Below, in pieces: positions 47,632 to 59,196 of a stretch of 64,000 nucleotides of DNA. Under the pieces are notes generated by a model. The model was given only the letters and a program-made list of their open reading frames with translations. It had not been told where the DNA came from and ran no database searches. Position numbers and translations under genes: made by a program. Numbering within the stretch: the first letter of the stretch is position 1; each line of letters opens with the position of its first letter. Source of the stretch: Afipia sp. (lineage in GTDB: Bacteria; Pseudomonadota; Alphaproteobacteria; Rhizobiales; Xanthobacteraceae); contig JANQAK010000005.1 of the NCBI GenBank assembly GCA_024707075.1, positions 101,362-165,361 on the forward strand. Reading direction: 5' to 3'.

Positions 47632-48729
47632 ATGACAGCCCTCGGACTCAGCCGCAGGACAGCCGTGTGCAATGCGCGGGCCGATGACCCTCATGCTTTG
47701 CGCCATCGCGCAGGAGCGTGGGTGCTTGCGCTGGCCTTGCTGTTTGCGGCGCTGGCCGCACATCCCGCCGCTGCCCAGTTCGTAGGCGACGCGCCGCCAC
47801 CCGTCCCGCCAGCCAACGTGCCGATTCAGCCGACGCCGTCTGGCCCGGCCATCAGTCTTGCTCCGCCATCCGGTCCTGCGGCGACACCCGGACTGCCTGC
47901 GACCCTGACCCAGCCTCCTGTCACGCTGGCCACGCCACCGACGCCTGCGCCTTTGCCCGCGTCATCGCCGGCGCAAGGCGTGCTCGCGCTGATGGCGCGA
48001 TTCGGCAAGGATCTCCCGCCGGTGAACGGCGGCGTGGTGTGGCGGATTTATTCCGACAAGCCCGACGCCAGCGGCGCATTCCAACTGGTGCGTGAAGATC
48101 GCACCGCGACGCCGAATATCGTTCTCGCCCCCGGCGGTTATGTGGTTCACGCCGCGCTCGGCCTTGTGAGCGCGGTTCGTCCGGTCACGGTGCGCAACGA
48201 GACGCTGCGCGAGCAGTTCGATCTTCCTGCCGGCGGCCTGCGTATCGAGGGACGCGTCGGCACCAGCAAGATCCCGCAAGGGCAGATCACGTTCTCGATC
48301 TATAAAGGCAGCCAGTTCGAAGTCGGCGAGCGCGCGCCGCTCGCGCAGAACGTCGCCGCGGGCGATGTCATGCTGGTGCCCGAGGGCACCTACTACATCA
48401 TCTCGAACTACGGTGACGCCAACTCGGTGGTGCGGTCGGACATTCGCGTGCAGGCCGGCAAGCTGACCGATGTGACCGTGACGCACCGTGCGGCGGTCAT
48501 CACGCTCAAGCTGGTCAGCGACAAGGGCGGCGAGGCGCTGGCCAACACCGCTTGGTCGGTCATCACGCCTGCCGGCGACGTCATCAAGGAATACAACGGT
48601 GCTTTCCCGAAGGTGATCCTGTCCGAAGGCGAGTACCGCGTGATCGCCAAAAACGAAGGCAAGGTGTTCGAGCGTCCCTTCAACGTCAGCAACGGCGTCG
48701 ACGGCGAGATCGAAGTCATCGCGCGATGA
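47632..48729 (+). CDS. Exported hypothetical protein with Pro-rich linker
   Basis: Signal-like segment, Pro-rich linker, beta-rich repeats; start uncertain. Confidence 0.7.
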   Translation: MTALGLSRRTAVCNARADDPHALRHRAGAWVLALALLFAALAAHPAAAQFVGDAPPPVPPANVPIQPTPSGPAISLAPPSGPAATPGLPATLTQPPVTLATPPTPAPLPASSPAQGVLALMARFGKDLPPVNGGVVWRIYSDKPDASGAFQLVREDRTATPNIVLAPGGYVVHAALGLVSAVRPVTVRNETLREQFDLPAGGLRIEGRVGTSKIPQGQITFSIYKGSQFEVGERAPLAQNVAAGDVMLVPEGTYYIISNYGDANSVVRSDIRVQAGKLTDVTVTHRAAVITLKLVSDKGGEALANTAWSVITPAGDVIKEYNGAFPKVILSEGEYRVIAKNEGKVFERPFNVSNGVDGEIEVIAR

Positions 48730-48895
48730 TGTCTGCGCTGTCATGCGCGCGTATTGAAACTGTCATGGTTTCTAAAACGCGCTAACCATCAGACGACTTA
48801 GAACTTGCACAAATCCCGCATTGTTCCAAACCGCTCGCGGCGTTTACGCGCCTTTAAGCGTGCGCGCATTGGATGCCGTTCGCTGACACGGCAGA

Positions 48896-51394
48896 ATGCC
48901 GCGTCGATGTGTGGGGTGCGTTGTGGTGGCCGTCGCGAAATCGAAGAAGTCGTCCAATCCGGAATTGTTCAGCGACGTTTCGGTGTTGAAGCGAAAATGG
49001 CAGGCGGCTCTCAAGCCCGGCAAGGATTTGCCTTTCTTTGAAGACGTCATGCTGGGCAGCCTCGGCCGGCTGGCGGATCACGTCATGCTCATCAAGGAGC
49101 AGGGCGCGCAGCTCGAGATTTCCCGCGCCGGCCGTTACGTCGAGCAGTGGCTTGAGACCCAGGTATGGGATACGCCGCTCGATGGATGTCCGCCGGATTG
49201 CGCGCTGATACTGGGCGAGGCGGTGGCGAGTGCGCGGCGCACCAGCAGGCCGCATCTGGCGACGGCGCATTGTGTGCGCGACGGTCTTGTTCAGGTGTAC
49301 GACGTTCTCGCGCTGCCAGTCGCCTCGCGCTGGGGCGGCGTGATGGTCAGCGCCTATGTGAACCGGCGCGGCCTCCAGTACAATCTGCTCGATGCGATCT
49401 TCTGCGCCACCGACGACGGCATATTGTCTCTGGCGACGATCCGGGACGCCGCCGGCCATCCCGTCGATTTCCAGATCGTCCACCTCAATCAGGGCACCGC
49501 GCGCCTGCTCAGGCAGCCCGCGGACGAATTGCGCTGGCGCCGGCTGAGTGCGGGGACGCATGCGTTGTGTTCGCCGCAGGTTCTCGACTGGCTGTTCGCC
49601 ATTGTCGGCGGCGGTATGGCCGACCAGTTCGAGGTCGGCGACGACACCAGCACGCTGAAGATCAATGCGTCGCCGGTCGGAGACCTGATCGCGCTGTCGC
49701 TGACCGATGTCACGAACATGAAGCGCCGCGAACAGTCGTTCCGGCTGCTGTTCGAGAGCAACCCGATGCCGATGTGGGTGTTCGACGTCGAGACGAGGAA
49801 TTTTCTCGGCGTCAACGACGCCGCGGTGAGCCACTACGGTTATGACCGCGCGAGCTTCCTGAAAATGAAATTGCAGGACATCTGGCCGGAAGACGAATGG
49901 GAAGAACATACCCATGCGCTGGGGCGGCTCGGTGATGTCTATCAGTCGGGCCGCAACTGGCGGCACTTGAAAGCCGACGGCAACGAGATCGAGGTGCTGA
50001 CATTCGGCCGCCGGGTCACGTTCGAGGGGCGCGACAGCTTTCTGGTCTCGGCCGTCGACATCACCGAGCGCCGCAAGGCGGAGGCGCGAGTCGCCTACAT
50101 GGCGCACCACGACGCGCTGACCGACCTTGCGAACCGCGTGATGTTCCAGGACCGGCTGCGGCAGGACCTCGAACGCAGCCGTCTCGCCCACAACAGCATC
50201 GCGGTGCTTTGCATCGATCTCGACCTGTTCAAGAACGTCAATGATTCCTTCGGTCATCCGATGGGCGACAGGTTGCTGAGGCTGGTGGCGGAACGGCTGA
50301 CGGCGGATCTGCATCCCAGCAATCTGGTGGCGCGGCTTGGCGGCGACGAGTTTGCGATGATTCTCGCAACCGATACCTTGCCGAATGAAGTCAGCGACCA
50401 GGCGTTACGGATGATCGAGACGCTTAGTGCGCCTTACGAGATCGACGGCCTTGAGATCGTGATCGGCGCCAGCATCGGCATCGCGATCTCGCCCGGCGAC
50501 GGTGAGACCAGCGAGGAATTGCTGCGCAATGCCGACATGGCATTGTATCGCGCCAAATCCGAAGGCGGCGGCGTGCATCGTTTCTTCGAGAAGGAAATGG
50601 ATCGCCACGCGCAGCGGCGCCGCGACATGGAAATCGATCTGCGCCGCGCATTGGCGAACGGCGAATTCGAACTGCACTATCAGCCGCTGGTCGATCTGGC
50701 GCAGGATCGCATCGTCGCCTTCGAGGCGCTGTTGCGCTGGCAGCATCCGCTGAAGGGCATGATCTCGCCCGCCGAGTTCATTCCGGTCGCCGAGGACATC
50801 GGCCTGATCGTTCCGCTCGGCGAATGGGTGCTGCGCGAAGCGTGCATGCAGGCGGCGAAGTGGCCATCGGACATCAAGGTCGCGGTCAACCTGTCGCCGT
50901 CGCAGTTCCGCAGCCGCAGCCTGACCCAGGTCGTGTTCTCGGCGCTGGCGCAATCAGGCCTGTCGCCGCTGCGTCTCGAACTGGAAATCACCGAATCCAT
51001 TTTCCTCGCGGACAGCGAGATCAACCTTGCGATCCTGCATCAGTTGCGGGAATTCGGCGTCCGCATTTCGATGGACGATTTCGGCACCGGCTATTCAAGT
51101 CTGAGCTACCTGCGCAGCTTCCCGTTCGACAAGATCAAGATCGACCGCTCGTTCGTGCGCGACATCGCGGAGCGGCCCGACAGCGTCGCCATCGTGCGGG
51201 CGATTTCCGGGCTTGGCCGCAGCCTGAATATCTCGACGACGGCGGAAGGCGTCGAGACGATGGACCAGCTCGACTGGCTGCGCGCCGAAGGCTGCACCGA
51301 GGTACAGGGTTTTCTGTTCAGCCCGGCACGTCCCGCATCGGAGATCGATGCGCTGCTTGGAAAATTCGGCAACAAGGCGTCGCAAGCGGCGTGA
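48896..51394 (+). CDS. PAS-GGDEF-EAL c-di-GMP enzyme (start approximate)
   Basis: HDALTDLANR, RLGGDEF, FEALLRW, DDFGTGYSSLSYL. Confidence 0.95.
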   Translation: MPRRCVGCVVVAVAKSKKSSNPELFSDVSVLKRKWQAALKPGKDLPFFEDVMLGSLGRLADHVMLIKEQGAQLEISRAGRYVEQWLETQVWDTPLDGCPPDCALILGEAVASARRTSRPHLATAHCVRDGLVQVYDVLALPVASRWGGVMVSAYVNRRGLQYNLLDAIFCATDDGILSLATIRDAAGHPVDFQIVHLNQGTARLLRQPADELRWRRLSAGTHALCSPQVLDWLFAIVGGGMADQFEVGDDTSTLKINASPVGDLIALSLTDVTNMKRREQSFRLLFESNPMPMWVFDVETRNFLGVNDAAVSHYGYDRASFLKMKLQDIWPEDEWEEHTHALGRLGDVYQSGRNWRHLKADGNEIEVLTFGRRVTFEGRDSFLVSAVDITERRKAEARVAYMAHHDALTDLANRVMFQDRLRQDLERSRLAHNSIAVLCIDLDLFKNVNDSFGHPMGDRLLRLVAERLTADLHPSNLVARLGGDEFAMILATDTLPNEVSDQALRMIETLSAPYEIDGLEIVIGASIGIAISPGDGETSEELLRNADMALYRAKSEGGGVHRFFEKEMDRHAQRRRDMEIDLRRALANGEFELHYQPLVDLAQDRIVAFEALLRWQHPLKGMISPAEFIPVAEDIGLIVPLGEWVLREACMQAAKWPSDIKVAVNLSPSQFRSRSLTQVVFSALAQSGLSPLRLELEITESIFLADSEINLAILHQLREFGVRISMDDFGTGYSSLSYLRSFPFDKIKIDRSFVRDIAERPDSVAIVRAISGLGRSLNISTTAEGVETMDQLDWLRAEGCTEVQGFLFSPARPASEIDALLGKFGNKASQAA

Positions 51395-51398
51395 TTTC

Positions 51399-51501
51399 CT
51401 CCTCCTGAGGAGCGCGCTTTTCGCGCGCGTCTCGAAGGATGAGGTTCATTCTTCTCATGGTTCGAGACGCGAGGCTGGCGCCTCGCTCCTCACCATGAGG
51501 A
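51399..51501. repeat. REP-like palindromic intergenic repeat (family A)
   Basis: Near-identical to 46203-46322. Confidence 0.85.
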
Positions 51502-51502
51502 T

Positions 51503-52066
51503 CTAGAACCGCGTCACGATCTCGCTGAGCGCGGGGCGGGGCCGGTCGTCGGTGGGCCGCTCGGCCTTGCCGATGTGGATGAAGCCCGCGAGCTTCTCGT
51601 CCGCCGTCAGGCCGAGCGCATCGAGCACATCGCGGTCGAACGCTATCCAGCCGGTCAGCCAGTTCGCCACATAGCCCAGCGCGTGCGCAGCATGGACGAC
51701 GTTCATGGCGCTGGCGCCTGCGGACAGTTCCTGCTCCCACGGCGGCACCTTGGGATGCTTCGCGGTCCTGCTCACCACGGCGATGACGAGCGGTGCGTGC
51801 GTGAAACGCTTTTTCTCGGCGTCGACCTGATCCGGCGTCGCGGTGACGTTCTTGGCGCGGAACACGCGTCCGAAAATCTCGCCGGCCCTGACGCGAGCGT
51901 CGCCCTCGAAAACGATGAAGCGCCACGGCACCATCTTGCCGTGATCAGGCACACGCGCGCCGATGGTCAGGATCGTCTCAAGTTCGGCGGGTGAGGGGCC
52001 GGGGCCGGTCATGTCGAACGGCTTCAGCGAGCGCCGCGTTTTCAGAAGGTCGAGGGCATCGGGCAT
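51503..52066 (-). CDS. Nitroreductase (YdjA-like)
   Basis: TRRS, RVPDHGKMVPWRF, WLTGW. Confidence 0.9.
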   Translation of the reverse strand: MPDALDLLKTRRSLKPFDMTGPGPSPAELETILTIGARVPDHGKMVPWRFIVFEGDARVRAGEIFGRVFRAKNVTATPDQVDAEKKRFTHAPLVIAVVSRTAKHPKVPPWEQELSAGASAMNVVHAAHALGYVANWLTGWIAFDRDVLDALGLTADEKLAGFIHIGKAERPTDDRPRPALSEIVTRF

Positions 52067-52185
52067 TGTCTATCCGGATTGTTGGCACACCGTACCGATG
52101 CGCGATGCTGATATCGGAAATTCAAACCGCGATAACAAGGCTTGCAGTTTATGAGGCCTCTAAAAGAAGAGGCCTCATAAATGTC

Positions 52186-54225
52186 TCAAGCGTTGGCCCG
52201 TTTCAGGTCCGGCGGCATCGCCTCGTCAACCAGCGCCTTGAGCGCCTCGTCGAGCGGCAGCACGGTCTGGCCTTCGCTGCCGAGACGGCGGATCGAGACC
52301 GCGCGGCTTTCGGCTTCCTTCTTGCCGACCACGAGAAGCGCCGGCACCTTCGCCAGCGAGTGTTCGCGCACCTTGTAGTTGATCTTCTCGTTGCGCAGGT
52401 CGATCTCGGTGCGCAGCCCGGCCTTGCGGCAGGCGGCCAGAACCTCGCGTGCGTAATCGTCGCCATCGGACGTGATGGTGGTGACCACCGCCTGCACAGG
52501 CGCGAGCCAGAGCGGGAAGTGCCCCGCGAAATGCTCGATCAGGATGCCGGTGAAGCGCTCCAGCGATCCGCAGATGGCGCGATGGACCATCACCGGCGTT
52601 ACCTTGTTGGAGTGATCGTCGATGTAAAACGCGCCGAACCGGCCGGGCAGGTTGAAGTCGACCTGTGTGGTGCCGCACTGCCATTCGCGGCCGATGGCGT
52701 CGCGCAGCACGTATTCGAATTTCGGCCCGTAGAACGCGCCTTCGCCGGGATTGATCGAGGTCTTGATCCGGTTGTGGCCCTGCGCCGCGATCTGTTCGAG
52801 CACCTTGGCCATCACCGTCTCGGCGTGGTCCCAAGCCTCGTCGGAGCCCACGCGCTTTTCCGGACGGGTCGAGAGCTTGACCGTCAATTCGCCCACAAAA
52901 CCGAAATCCTCATAGGTCGACAGGATCAGATCGTTGATCTTGAGGCACTCTTCGGCAAGCTGGTCTTCGGTGCAGAACACATGGGCGTCGTCCTGCGTGA
53001 AGCCGCGCACGCGCATCAGCCCGTGCATCGCGCCCGATGGCTCGTAGCGATGCACGATGCCGAACTCGGCAAGCCGGATCGGCAGTTCGCGATAGCTTTT
53101 CAGTCCGTGCTTGAAGATCAGCACATGGCCCGGACAGTTCATCGGCTTGATCGCGAACCAGCGCTTGTCTTCCGCCTCGTCGCCGGCGGACTGCGCCGCG
53201 AACATATTCTCGCGATACCATTCCCAGTGGCCGGAGGTTTCCCACAGCGACTTGTCGAGCATCTGCGGCGCGTTGACTTCCTGATAATCGCCAGCGAGGC
53301 GGCGGCGCATGTAGGCGATGATCGCCTGGAACAGGGTCCAGCCTTTCGCGTGCCAGAACACGACGCCGGGGCCTTCCTCCTGGAAATGGAACAGGTCCAT
53401 CTCGCGGCCGAGGCGGCGGTGGTCGCGCTTCTCGGCTTCCTCAAGCTGCTTGAGATAGGCGTCGAGTTCTTCCTGCTTGGCGAAGGCGGTGCCGTAGATG
53501 CGCGTCAGCATCGGGTTGTTGCTGTCGCCGCGCCAGTAGGCGCCCGCAACCTTCATCAGCTTGAAGGCGTTGCCGACCTTGCCGGTGGACGTCATGTGCG
53601 GGCCGCGGCAGAGATCGAACCAGTCGCCCTGATGGTAGATCTTGATCGGCTCGTCGCCCGGAATGGCGTCGACCAGTTCGACCTTGAAGGCTTCGCCCTT
53701 GTCGCGGAAGACCTGCTTGGTTTTATCCCGCGACCATTCTTCCTTGGTGAAGGGCCTATCCTTCGCGATGATCTCGCGCATCTTCTTCTCGATGGCGGCG
53801 AAGTCTTCCGGCGTGAACGGCTCGTTGCGGAAGAAGTCGTAATAGAAGCCGTTATCGATCACCGGGCCGATGGTGACCTGCGTGCCGGGCCACAGCGTCT
53901 GCACGGCCTCGGCCAGCACATGCGCGGCGTCGTGCCGGATCAGCTCCAGCGCGCGAGGATCGTCGCGGTTGATGAATTCGATTTTCGCGTCGTGCGCGAT
54001 CGGATCGGCGAGATCGCTCACGATGCCATCCAGCGCCATCGCCACGGTCCGCTTGGCCAGCGACGGGGAGATGCCCTTGGCGATGTCGAGGCCGGTGGTG
54101 TTCTTCGGGAATTCGCGCTCAGCGCCGTCGGGGAAGGTGACCTTGACCTTGCTGCTGTTATCGACGGGCTTCAGGTTGGCGAGGCTGTAGTGGAATCCGG
54201 GCGCGGGGGTATTTTTATCGGGCAT
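52186..54225 (-). CDS. thrS: Threonine--tRNA ligase
   Basis: [44 protein letters not shown]. Confidence 0.98.
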   Translation of the reverse strand: MPDKNTPAPGFHYSLANLKPVDNSSKVKVTFPDGAEREFPKNTTGLDIAKGISPSLAKRTVAMALDGIVSDLADPIAHDAKIEFINRDDPRALELIRHDAAHVLAEAVQTLWPGTQVTIGPVIDNGFYYDFFRNEPFTPEDFAAIEKKMREIIAKDRPFTKEEWSRDKTKQVFRDKGEAFKVELVDAIPGDEPIKIYHQGDWFDLCRGPHMTSTGKVGNAFKLMKVAGAYWRGDSNNPMLTRIYGTAFAKQEELDAYLKQLEEAEKRDHRRLGREMDLFHFQEEGPGVVFWHAKGWTLFQAIIAYMRRRLAGDYQEVNAPQMLDKSLWETSGHWEWYRENMFAAQSAGDEAEDKRWFAIKPMNCPGHVLIFKHGLKSYRELPIRLAEFGIVHRYEPSGAMHGLMRVRGFTQDDAHVFCTEDQLAEECLKINDLILSTYEDFGFVGELTVKLSTRPEKRVGSDEAWDHAETVMAKVLEQIAAQGHNRIKTSINPGEGAFYGPKFEYVLRDAIGREWQCGTTQVDFNLPGRFGAFYIDDHSNKVTPVMVHRAICGSLERFTGILIEHFAGHFPLWLAPVQAVVTTITSDGDDYAREVLAACRKAGLRTEIDLRNEKINYKVREHSLAKVPALLVVGKKEAESRAVSIRRLGSEGQTVLPLDEALKALVDEAMPPDLKRANA

Positions 54226-54400
54226 GTCATTCTCCTGTGGCTCACTCCTGCGAACGGGCGCAGGTAAGCGGTAGACGCGTTGTATAGCAGCGGATTCGGG
54301 CGGTGCAATCGGCAGTTCCTGCCCGGCATGAAGGCCGCAAGCGGCGTGAGCATGGCTTTCATGCAGTTGCATTAAATCGGTTGTCTGCTAACAACGCGGC

Positions 54401-55537
54401 GTGAAACGCTTCGCCCCCACAGCCCTGATGCTCGGCAACTTCGTCACCGGCGTCAGCATCATGGCCCCGGCCGGGATGCTGCCGGAATTGTCGCACGCGT
54501 TCGGGGTTTCCGTTCACGAGGCGGGCCTGCTCATCACCTTCGGCGCGGTCGTGCTGTGCGTCGGTTCGCCAGTGTCGGCGTGGCTGACCAGCCGTTTCGA
54601 CCGGCGGCTTCTGTTGTCGGTGAGTGTGGCGGTCATGGCGGCGGCGCAGTTCGCATCCATGCTCGCGCCGAACTATGCAACGCTGATGGTGGTCCGGCTC
54701 GTCATGCTTGCGGTCGCGGCCTTGTTCACGCCGCAGGCAGCAGGCACGGCCGCGATGATGGTGCCGCCGGAGCGGCGCGGCAGCACGATGTCTTATGTCT
54801 TCCTCGGCTGGTCGCTGGCGCTTGCCGTGGGCCTGCCGCTGGTCGCCTATGCCGCCAGCCATATCGGGTGGCGCGTCGCCTATGGCGGCATCGGCGTCAT
54901 CGCGCTGGCCAATCTGGCATTGCTGATCTGGCGTATCCCCGCTGGTCTCGTCGGCACACCGGTCGATCTGAAGACGTGGGGTGACCTCGCGCGCAATCCG
55001 CTGATCGTGCTGCTGGTGGTTATCACGGTGCTACAAACGTCCGGGCAGTTCGTTGTGTTCACCTATCTCGGGCCATTGTTCGCCAAACTTGGCGGCAGTG
55101 CTCAACTTGCGATCATCGCGTTCGGCATTTACGGCGCGATGGGTTTTATCGGAAACGTGATCGCCAGCCGTGTCGTCGATAGTTGGGGCGCCTACAGAAC
55201 ATCGCTGGCGGCGATTTCGATGCTGCTGGTCGGAGTTGCGACGTGGGCACTGGGCGCAGGCATCGTGCCGGTCATGTTGGCGTCGATGTTTCCTTGGGGC
55301 ATGGCGTTCTCATCGGCCAACTCGATGCAGCAGGTCAGGCTCGCAGGCGCGGCACCTCTGTTCGCCAGCGCTACGGTGTCGCTGAACACGTCGGGTCTCT
55401 ACATCGGCCAGGCCATCGGCTCAGGCATTGGCGGCGCGCTGTTCGCCCACGAACTGTATTACGCGATCGGGTATGTCGGGGTGGGCTTCCTTGTGCTCGC
55501 GCTGGGCTCGGTCATCCTCTCGCGGCGCGCGCTTTAG
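54401..55537 (+). CDS. MFS transporter
   Basis: About 12 TM; SRFDRRLLL loop. Confidence 0.9.
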   Translation: MKRFAPTALMLGNFVTGVSIMAPAGMLPELSHAFGVSVHEAGLLITFGAVVLCVGSPVSAWLTSRFDRRLLLSVSVAVMAAAQFASMLAPNYATLMVVRLVMLAVAALFTPQAAGTAAMMVPPERRGSTMSYVFLGWSLALAVGLPLVAYAASHIGWRVAYGGIGVIALANLALLIWRIPAGLVGTPVDLKTWGDLARNPLIVLLVVITVLQTSGQFVVFTYLGPLFAKLGGSAQLAIIAFGIYGAMGFIGNVIASRVVDSWGAYRTSLAAISMLLVGVATWALGAGIVPVMLASMFPWGMAFSSANSMQQVRLAGAAPLFASATVSLNTSGLYIGQAIGSGIGGALFAHELYYAIGYVGVGFLVLALGSVILSRRAL

Positions 55538-55875
55538 TCATTCGAGCCGTCGTTGACGCCGCGCCAGCGTGCGTAACGCCACGGCAGATACCACCGGGCA
55601 TCGGGCGATACCGCGTCCGGCACGTTGTCGATGCCCGAGGTGCCCCACGGCTGACAGCGCAACAGGCGCGCCAGCGTCATCCAGCCGCCGGCCCACAGCC
55701 CGTACCGTGCGATGGCTTCGTCGCCGTAGACCGAGCAGGTCGGCAGGTGCCGGCAATTGTAGCCCACCAGCGGCGAGAGCGTGTGGCGGTAGATCCAGAT
55801 CATCCCCCGGCCGGCATTGCGCGGCAGGTTCTGAACTGTGCCGGCGCAATCGGGGCATCGGGCCGAATGTTTCAT
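55534..55875 (-). CDS. yidD: Membrane protein insertion efficiency factor
   Basis: CRHLPTCSVY...RLLRCQPW. Confidence 0.9.
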   Translation of the reverse strand: MKHSARCPDCAGTVQNLPRNAGRGMIWIYRHTLSPLVGYNCRHLPTCSVYGDEAIARYGLWAGGWMTLARLLRCQPWGTSGIDNVPDAVSPDARWYLPWRYARWRGVNDGSND

Positions 55876-56035
55876 GTCACTGTCTTGCCGGATCTTTTGC
55901 GGGGTTCGTTAGCGTTTGCCGCAATTGATGGCGGCGCAATGGCGAGTTCCGGCGCAGGGAACTGCGCCATGTTGTCTTTCGCGCCACACTACACAACTTA
56001 TCGCACGATTTTGACTGCGTCGCAGCAAAAGTCGC

Positions 56036-57061
56036 ATGGACGTGGATTCGCAGCGCCGTTACGCTTTCCATAACAACCATGTGACAGAATCGTCTCATGG
56101 TTTTGGGGCCGATGCCGTTGTCCATTGGGGCGGGGAAGGAACCAGATTGTCTGTCGTGAGGTCGCTGAATCCGAGCGGCTGGGCGCGACTTTGCGCCGCC
56201 GCCATTTGTTTTGTGCTGCCTGGCTCCGTCATGCTGGGCGGCGCGGTTCGTGCCGCGACCACCCTCGAAGAACGCAAACTCCCGATGACTTTCAAATGGC
56301 ACGAGGCCGCCGCCGCGTGCGCGCAGGATTGCGCCGGCTGGATCGGCGCGGTCGGCGTCATCACGGCGGAGACGCCCGCGAAGTTCGAGGAGTTTTCGAC
56401 CGGCCGCAACCTCAAGGGCGCAACCGTCGTGCTCGATTCCAGCGGCGGGTCGGTGCTGGATGCGATCGCGCTCGGGCGACGCTGGCGCGGCCTCGGCCTG
56501 CGCACCACCGTCGGCATCGTGATCGAACGAGAGAGCGCCGGCGGTGTGGCGCGCGACACCATTCCGGACGCCTATTGCGAGTCGATGTGCGTGTTCTTGC
56601 TGCTGTCGGGCAACACGCGCACCGTGCCGGATGGCGCGCATGTACGCGTGCACCAGATCTGGATGGGCGATCGCGCCGACGACGCCAAGGCTGCAAGTTA
56701 TTCGGCAGACGACATGATGATCGTCGAGCGCGATATCGGGCGGCTGGCGAAATACACCTTCGATATGGGCGGCACCGGCGACCTGTTGTCGCTGGCGCTG
56801 AGCGTGCCGCCATGGGAGCCATTGCATCAACTGTCGGCGGAGGAACTGCGCCTGACCCATCTTGTCACGCTGGATGTGGTCGCGGATGGCCGGAAGCCGA
56901 CGGACGCTGTGGTTGGAAGTGCGTCACCGAAGGTGTTTCAGGATCGTGTGGTGAGCGACACCGATGTGCCTGCGAAAGCCGCGCGGCTCACACCCGGCAC
57001 CAGGACCGCCGAAGCCATCGCACCGACCGGTGGCGCGGCTGCGCTATCTGACCGGAAGTAG
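56036..57061 (+). CDS. Exported ClpP/crotonase-like (COG3904-like) protein; start uncertain
   Basis: VVLDSSGGSV, CESMCVF, VRVHQ. Confidence 0.7.
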   Translation: MDVDSQRRYAFHNNHVTESSHGFGADAVVHWGGEGTRLSVVRSLNPSGWARLCAAAICFVLPGSVMLGGAVRAATTLEERKLPMTFKWHEAAAACAQDCAGWIGAVGVITAETPAKFEEFSTGRNLKGATVVLDSSGGSVLDAIALGRRWRGLGLRTTVGIVIERESAGGVARDTIPDAYCESMCVFLLLSGNTRTVPDGAHVRVHQIWMGDRADDAKAASYSADDMMIVERDIGRLAKYTFDMGGTGDLLSLALSVPPWEPLHQLSAEELRLTHLVTLDVVADGRKPTDAVVGSASPKVFQDRVVSDTDVPAKAARLTPGTRTAEAIAPTGGAAALSDRK

Positions 57062-57067
57062 CTTGTC

Positions 57068-57526
57068 CTAGCTCTGCGCGGGAGCGAGTGTACCTGCCGC
57101 CTTGGCCTCGATCTGGCCGATGGCGTCCACCACCGCATCGAAGGTCAGCATGGTTGAGGCATGGCGCGCCTTGTAGTCGCGCACGGGCTCCAGCATCGCC
57201 ACATCCGCCCATTTGCCCTCGGGCGGTGCGCCATTCTCCTTGAGCATCTTGCGCACGGTTTCGCGCAACTCGCGCAGTTCGGCCGCGTTCGAGCCGATGA
57301 CATGCCGCGCCATAATGGAGGAGGAGGCCTGTCCCAGCGCGCAGGCTTTCACGTCGTGGGCGAAATCGCTGACCACGCCGTCCTTCATCTTGAGGTCGAC
57401 CTTGACGGTCGAGCCGCACAGTTTGGAATGGGCTGTGGCCGAGGCGTCCGGGTCGGGAAGCCGCCCCAGACGGGGGATATTGCCGGCCAGTTCGATGATT
57501 TTCTTGTTGTAGATGTCGTTCAGCAT
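57068..57526 (-). CDS. NifU/IscU-like Fe-S scaffold protein
   Basis: SKLCGS, VKACALGQASSS. Confidence 0.88.
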   Translation of the reverse strand: MLNDIYNKKIIELAGNIPRLGRLPDPDASATAHSKLCGSTVKVDLKMKDGVVSDFAHDVKACALGQASSSIMARHVIGSNAAELRELRETVRKMLKENGAPPEGKWADVAMLEPVRDYKARHASTMLTFDAVVDAIGQIEAKAAGTLAPAQS

Positions 57527-57780
57527 GGCGGGCGAAATCGCTCCTGCATAAGACCGTTGCCGGTCTGCCGCTCTTGGCGGTCATGTTCTGGAACCTATAT
57601 AATGACCCAGATGCAGGAATAAACCGCCTGCATTTCAGCAATGCGGGAAATATAGACGGTTTTTTCCCGGATTTGCTGCAATCATGCAGGAAGGCGTCCG
57701 GTGGCCGATGGGCCGCTGCGGCTGACCGGTGACACTCCGGCCCTCATACTGACGGTAGAGGCCGGTCGAACGGAGACGAC

Positions 57781-58449
57781 ATGGACGCGATTATCAAGCC
57801 GATCCGAACCGGCAAGCCGGCGGAAAAATCCGAAATTCCTGCCTCCGACTACATGGCGTCGGCCCTCAATCCCGATCTGGTCCGCCCGTCGCGGGACGAG
57901 GCCGAGGCGGCGGTCAAGACGCTGCTGGCCTATATCGGCGAGAACGTCGAGCGCGAAGGCCTGCTCGACACGCCGCGCCGTATGATCGAGGCCTATGACG
58001 AACTGTTCCAGGGCTACGCCCAGTGCCCCGCCGAGATCCTCGACCGCACCTTCGGCGAGACCGCGGGCTACGATGATTTCGTGCTGATCCGCGACATCAA
58101 CTTCCATTCGCATTGCGAGCATCACGTCATGCCGTTCTACGGCAAGGCGCATATCGCTTACGCCCCGGTGGACCGCGTGGTCGGCCTGTCGAAGCTGGCG
58201 CGGCTGGTCGATGCGTTCGCCCACCGCCTGCAAACGCAGGAACATCTGACCGCGCAGGTGGCGGGTGCGATCAACGCCATTCTCAAGCCGCGCGGTGTCG
58301 CGGTGGTGATGGAAGCCGAGCACACCTGCATGTCGGTGCGCGGCATTGCCAAGGAAGGCGCCAAGACGCTGACGACGCGTTTCACCGGCGTGTTTCATGA
58401 TAATCCTGACGAACAGGCCCGTTTCCTCAACATGGTTCGCGGGGTCTAG
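57781..58449 (+). CDS. folE: GTP cyclohydrolase I
   Basis: [27 protein letters not shown]. Confidence 0.96.
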   Translation: MDAIIKPIRTGKPAEKSEIPASDYMASALNPDLVRPSRDEAEAAVKTLLAYIGENVEREGLLDTPRRMIEAYDELFQGYAQCPAEILDRTFGETAGYDDFVLIRDINFHSHCEHHVMPFYGKAHIAYAPVDRVVGLSKLARLVDAFAHRLQTQEHLTAQVAGAINAILKPRGVAVVMEAEHTCMSVRGIAKEGAKTLTTRFTGVFHDNPDEQARFLNMVRGV

Positions 58450-58483
58450 CGCTTCCTTCAGGGGCGCGGCCTCCGCCCTCTGA

Positions 58484-58924
58484 ATGAAAGCCGAATCCGT
58501 GACTTCACACTCGCATTCCCACGACATCGAGGAAGGGCTGGCTTTTCAGCCCAAGTTCGACGCATCCGGACTCGTGACCTGCGTTGCCACCGACGCCGCC
58601 ACCGGCGACGTTCTGATGGTTGCGCACATGAACGACGAGGCCCTGCGCAAGACCATCGAAACCGGGGAGGGCTGGTACTACAGCCGCTCGCGCAAATCGC
58701 TTTGGAAGAAGGGCGAAAGCTCGGGGCACGTCCAGCGCGTTGTCGAGATGCGGATGGACTGCGACCAGGACGCCGTGTGGATTCGCGTCGAGCAGGCGGG
58801 CGCGGCCTGCCACACCGGCCGACGCTCGTGTTTCTATCGCGCGGTAAAGAACGAAGATGGTGGCGCGAAACTGACCTTTGTCGACGCGGACAAGGTGTTC
58901 GATCCGGCGAAGGTGTATCGGTAA
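58484..58924 (+). CDS. hisI: Phosphoribosyl-AMP cyclohydrolase
   Basis: YSRSR, KGESSGH, DCDQD, ACHTG. Confidence 0.96.
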   Translation: MKAESVTSHSHSHDIEEGLAFQPKFDASGLVTCVATDAATGDVLMVAHMNDEALRKTIETGEGWYYSRSRKSLWKKGESSGHVQRVVEMRMDCDQDAVWIRVEQAGAACHTGRRSCFYRAVKNEDGGAKLTFVDADKVFDPAKVYR

Positions 58925-58961
58925 GCAGCCGTTATCTGACGGATGTTCGCTGAACGTAAGG

Positions 58962-59079
58962 CGTCGTCCCGGCGAAGGCCGGGACCCATAACCACCAAGT
59001 TCTCGGTAAGAATGGATCGCGGGCTTCCAGCATAACAACGACGACAGGGATGATGGGTCCCGGCCTCCGCCGGGGCGAC
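58962..59079. repeat. REP-like inverted repeat (family B)
   Basis: GTCGTCCCGGCGAAGGCCGGGACCCAT ... ATGGGTCCCGGCCTCCGCCGGGGCGAC. Confidence 0.8.
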
Positions 59080-59132
59080 CAGTTGCTAAAGCCGTCGGCT
59101 CAATGAGAGTCTGTGAGCTCGGCCCTCCCGCA

Positions 59133-59148
59133 TTAACCCTTTGTTAAC
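59133..59148. promoter_or_regulatory. CtrA box
   Basis: TTAA-CCCTTTG-TTAAC upstream of the transglycosylase. Confidence 0.65.
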
Positions 59149-59196
59149 CATAATTGCGGCACGGTGCGTGAGGTTCCTGGGGAGCGGGCACCACAC

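Noticed and set aside
51991-54267. 758-aa plus-strand ORF and similar long shadow ORFs (48854-50314, 39848-40909, 37638-38549, 16686-17729)
   Set aside because: Antisense shadows of real GC-rich genes with no motifs
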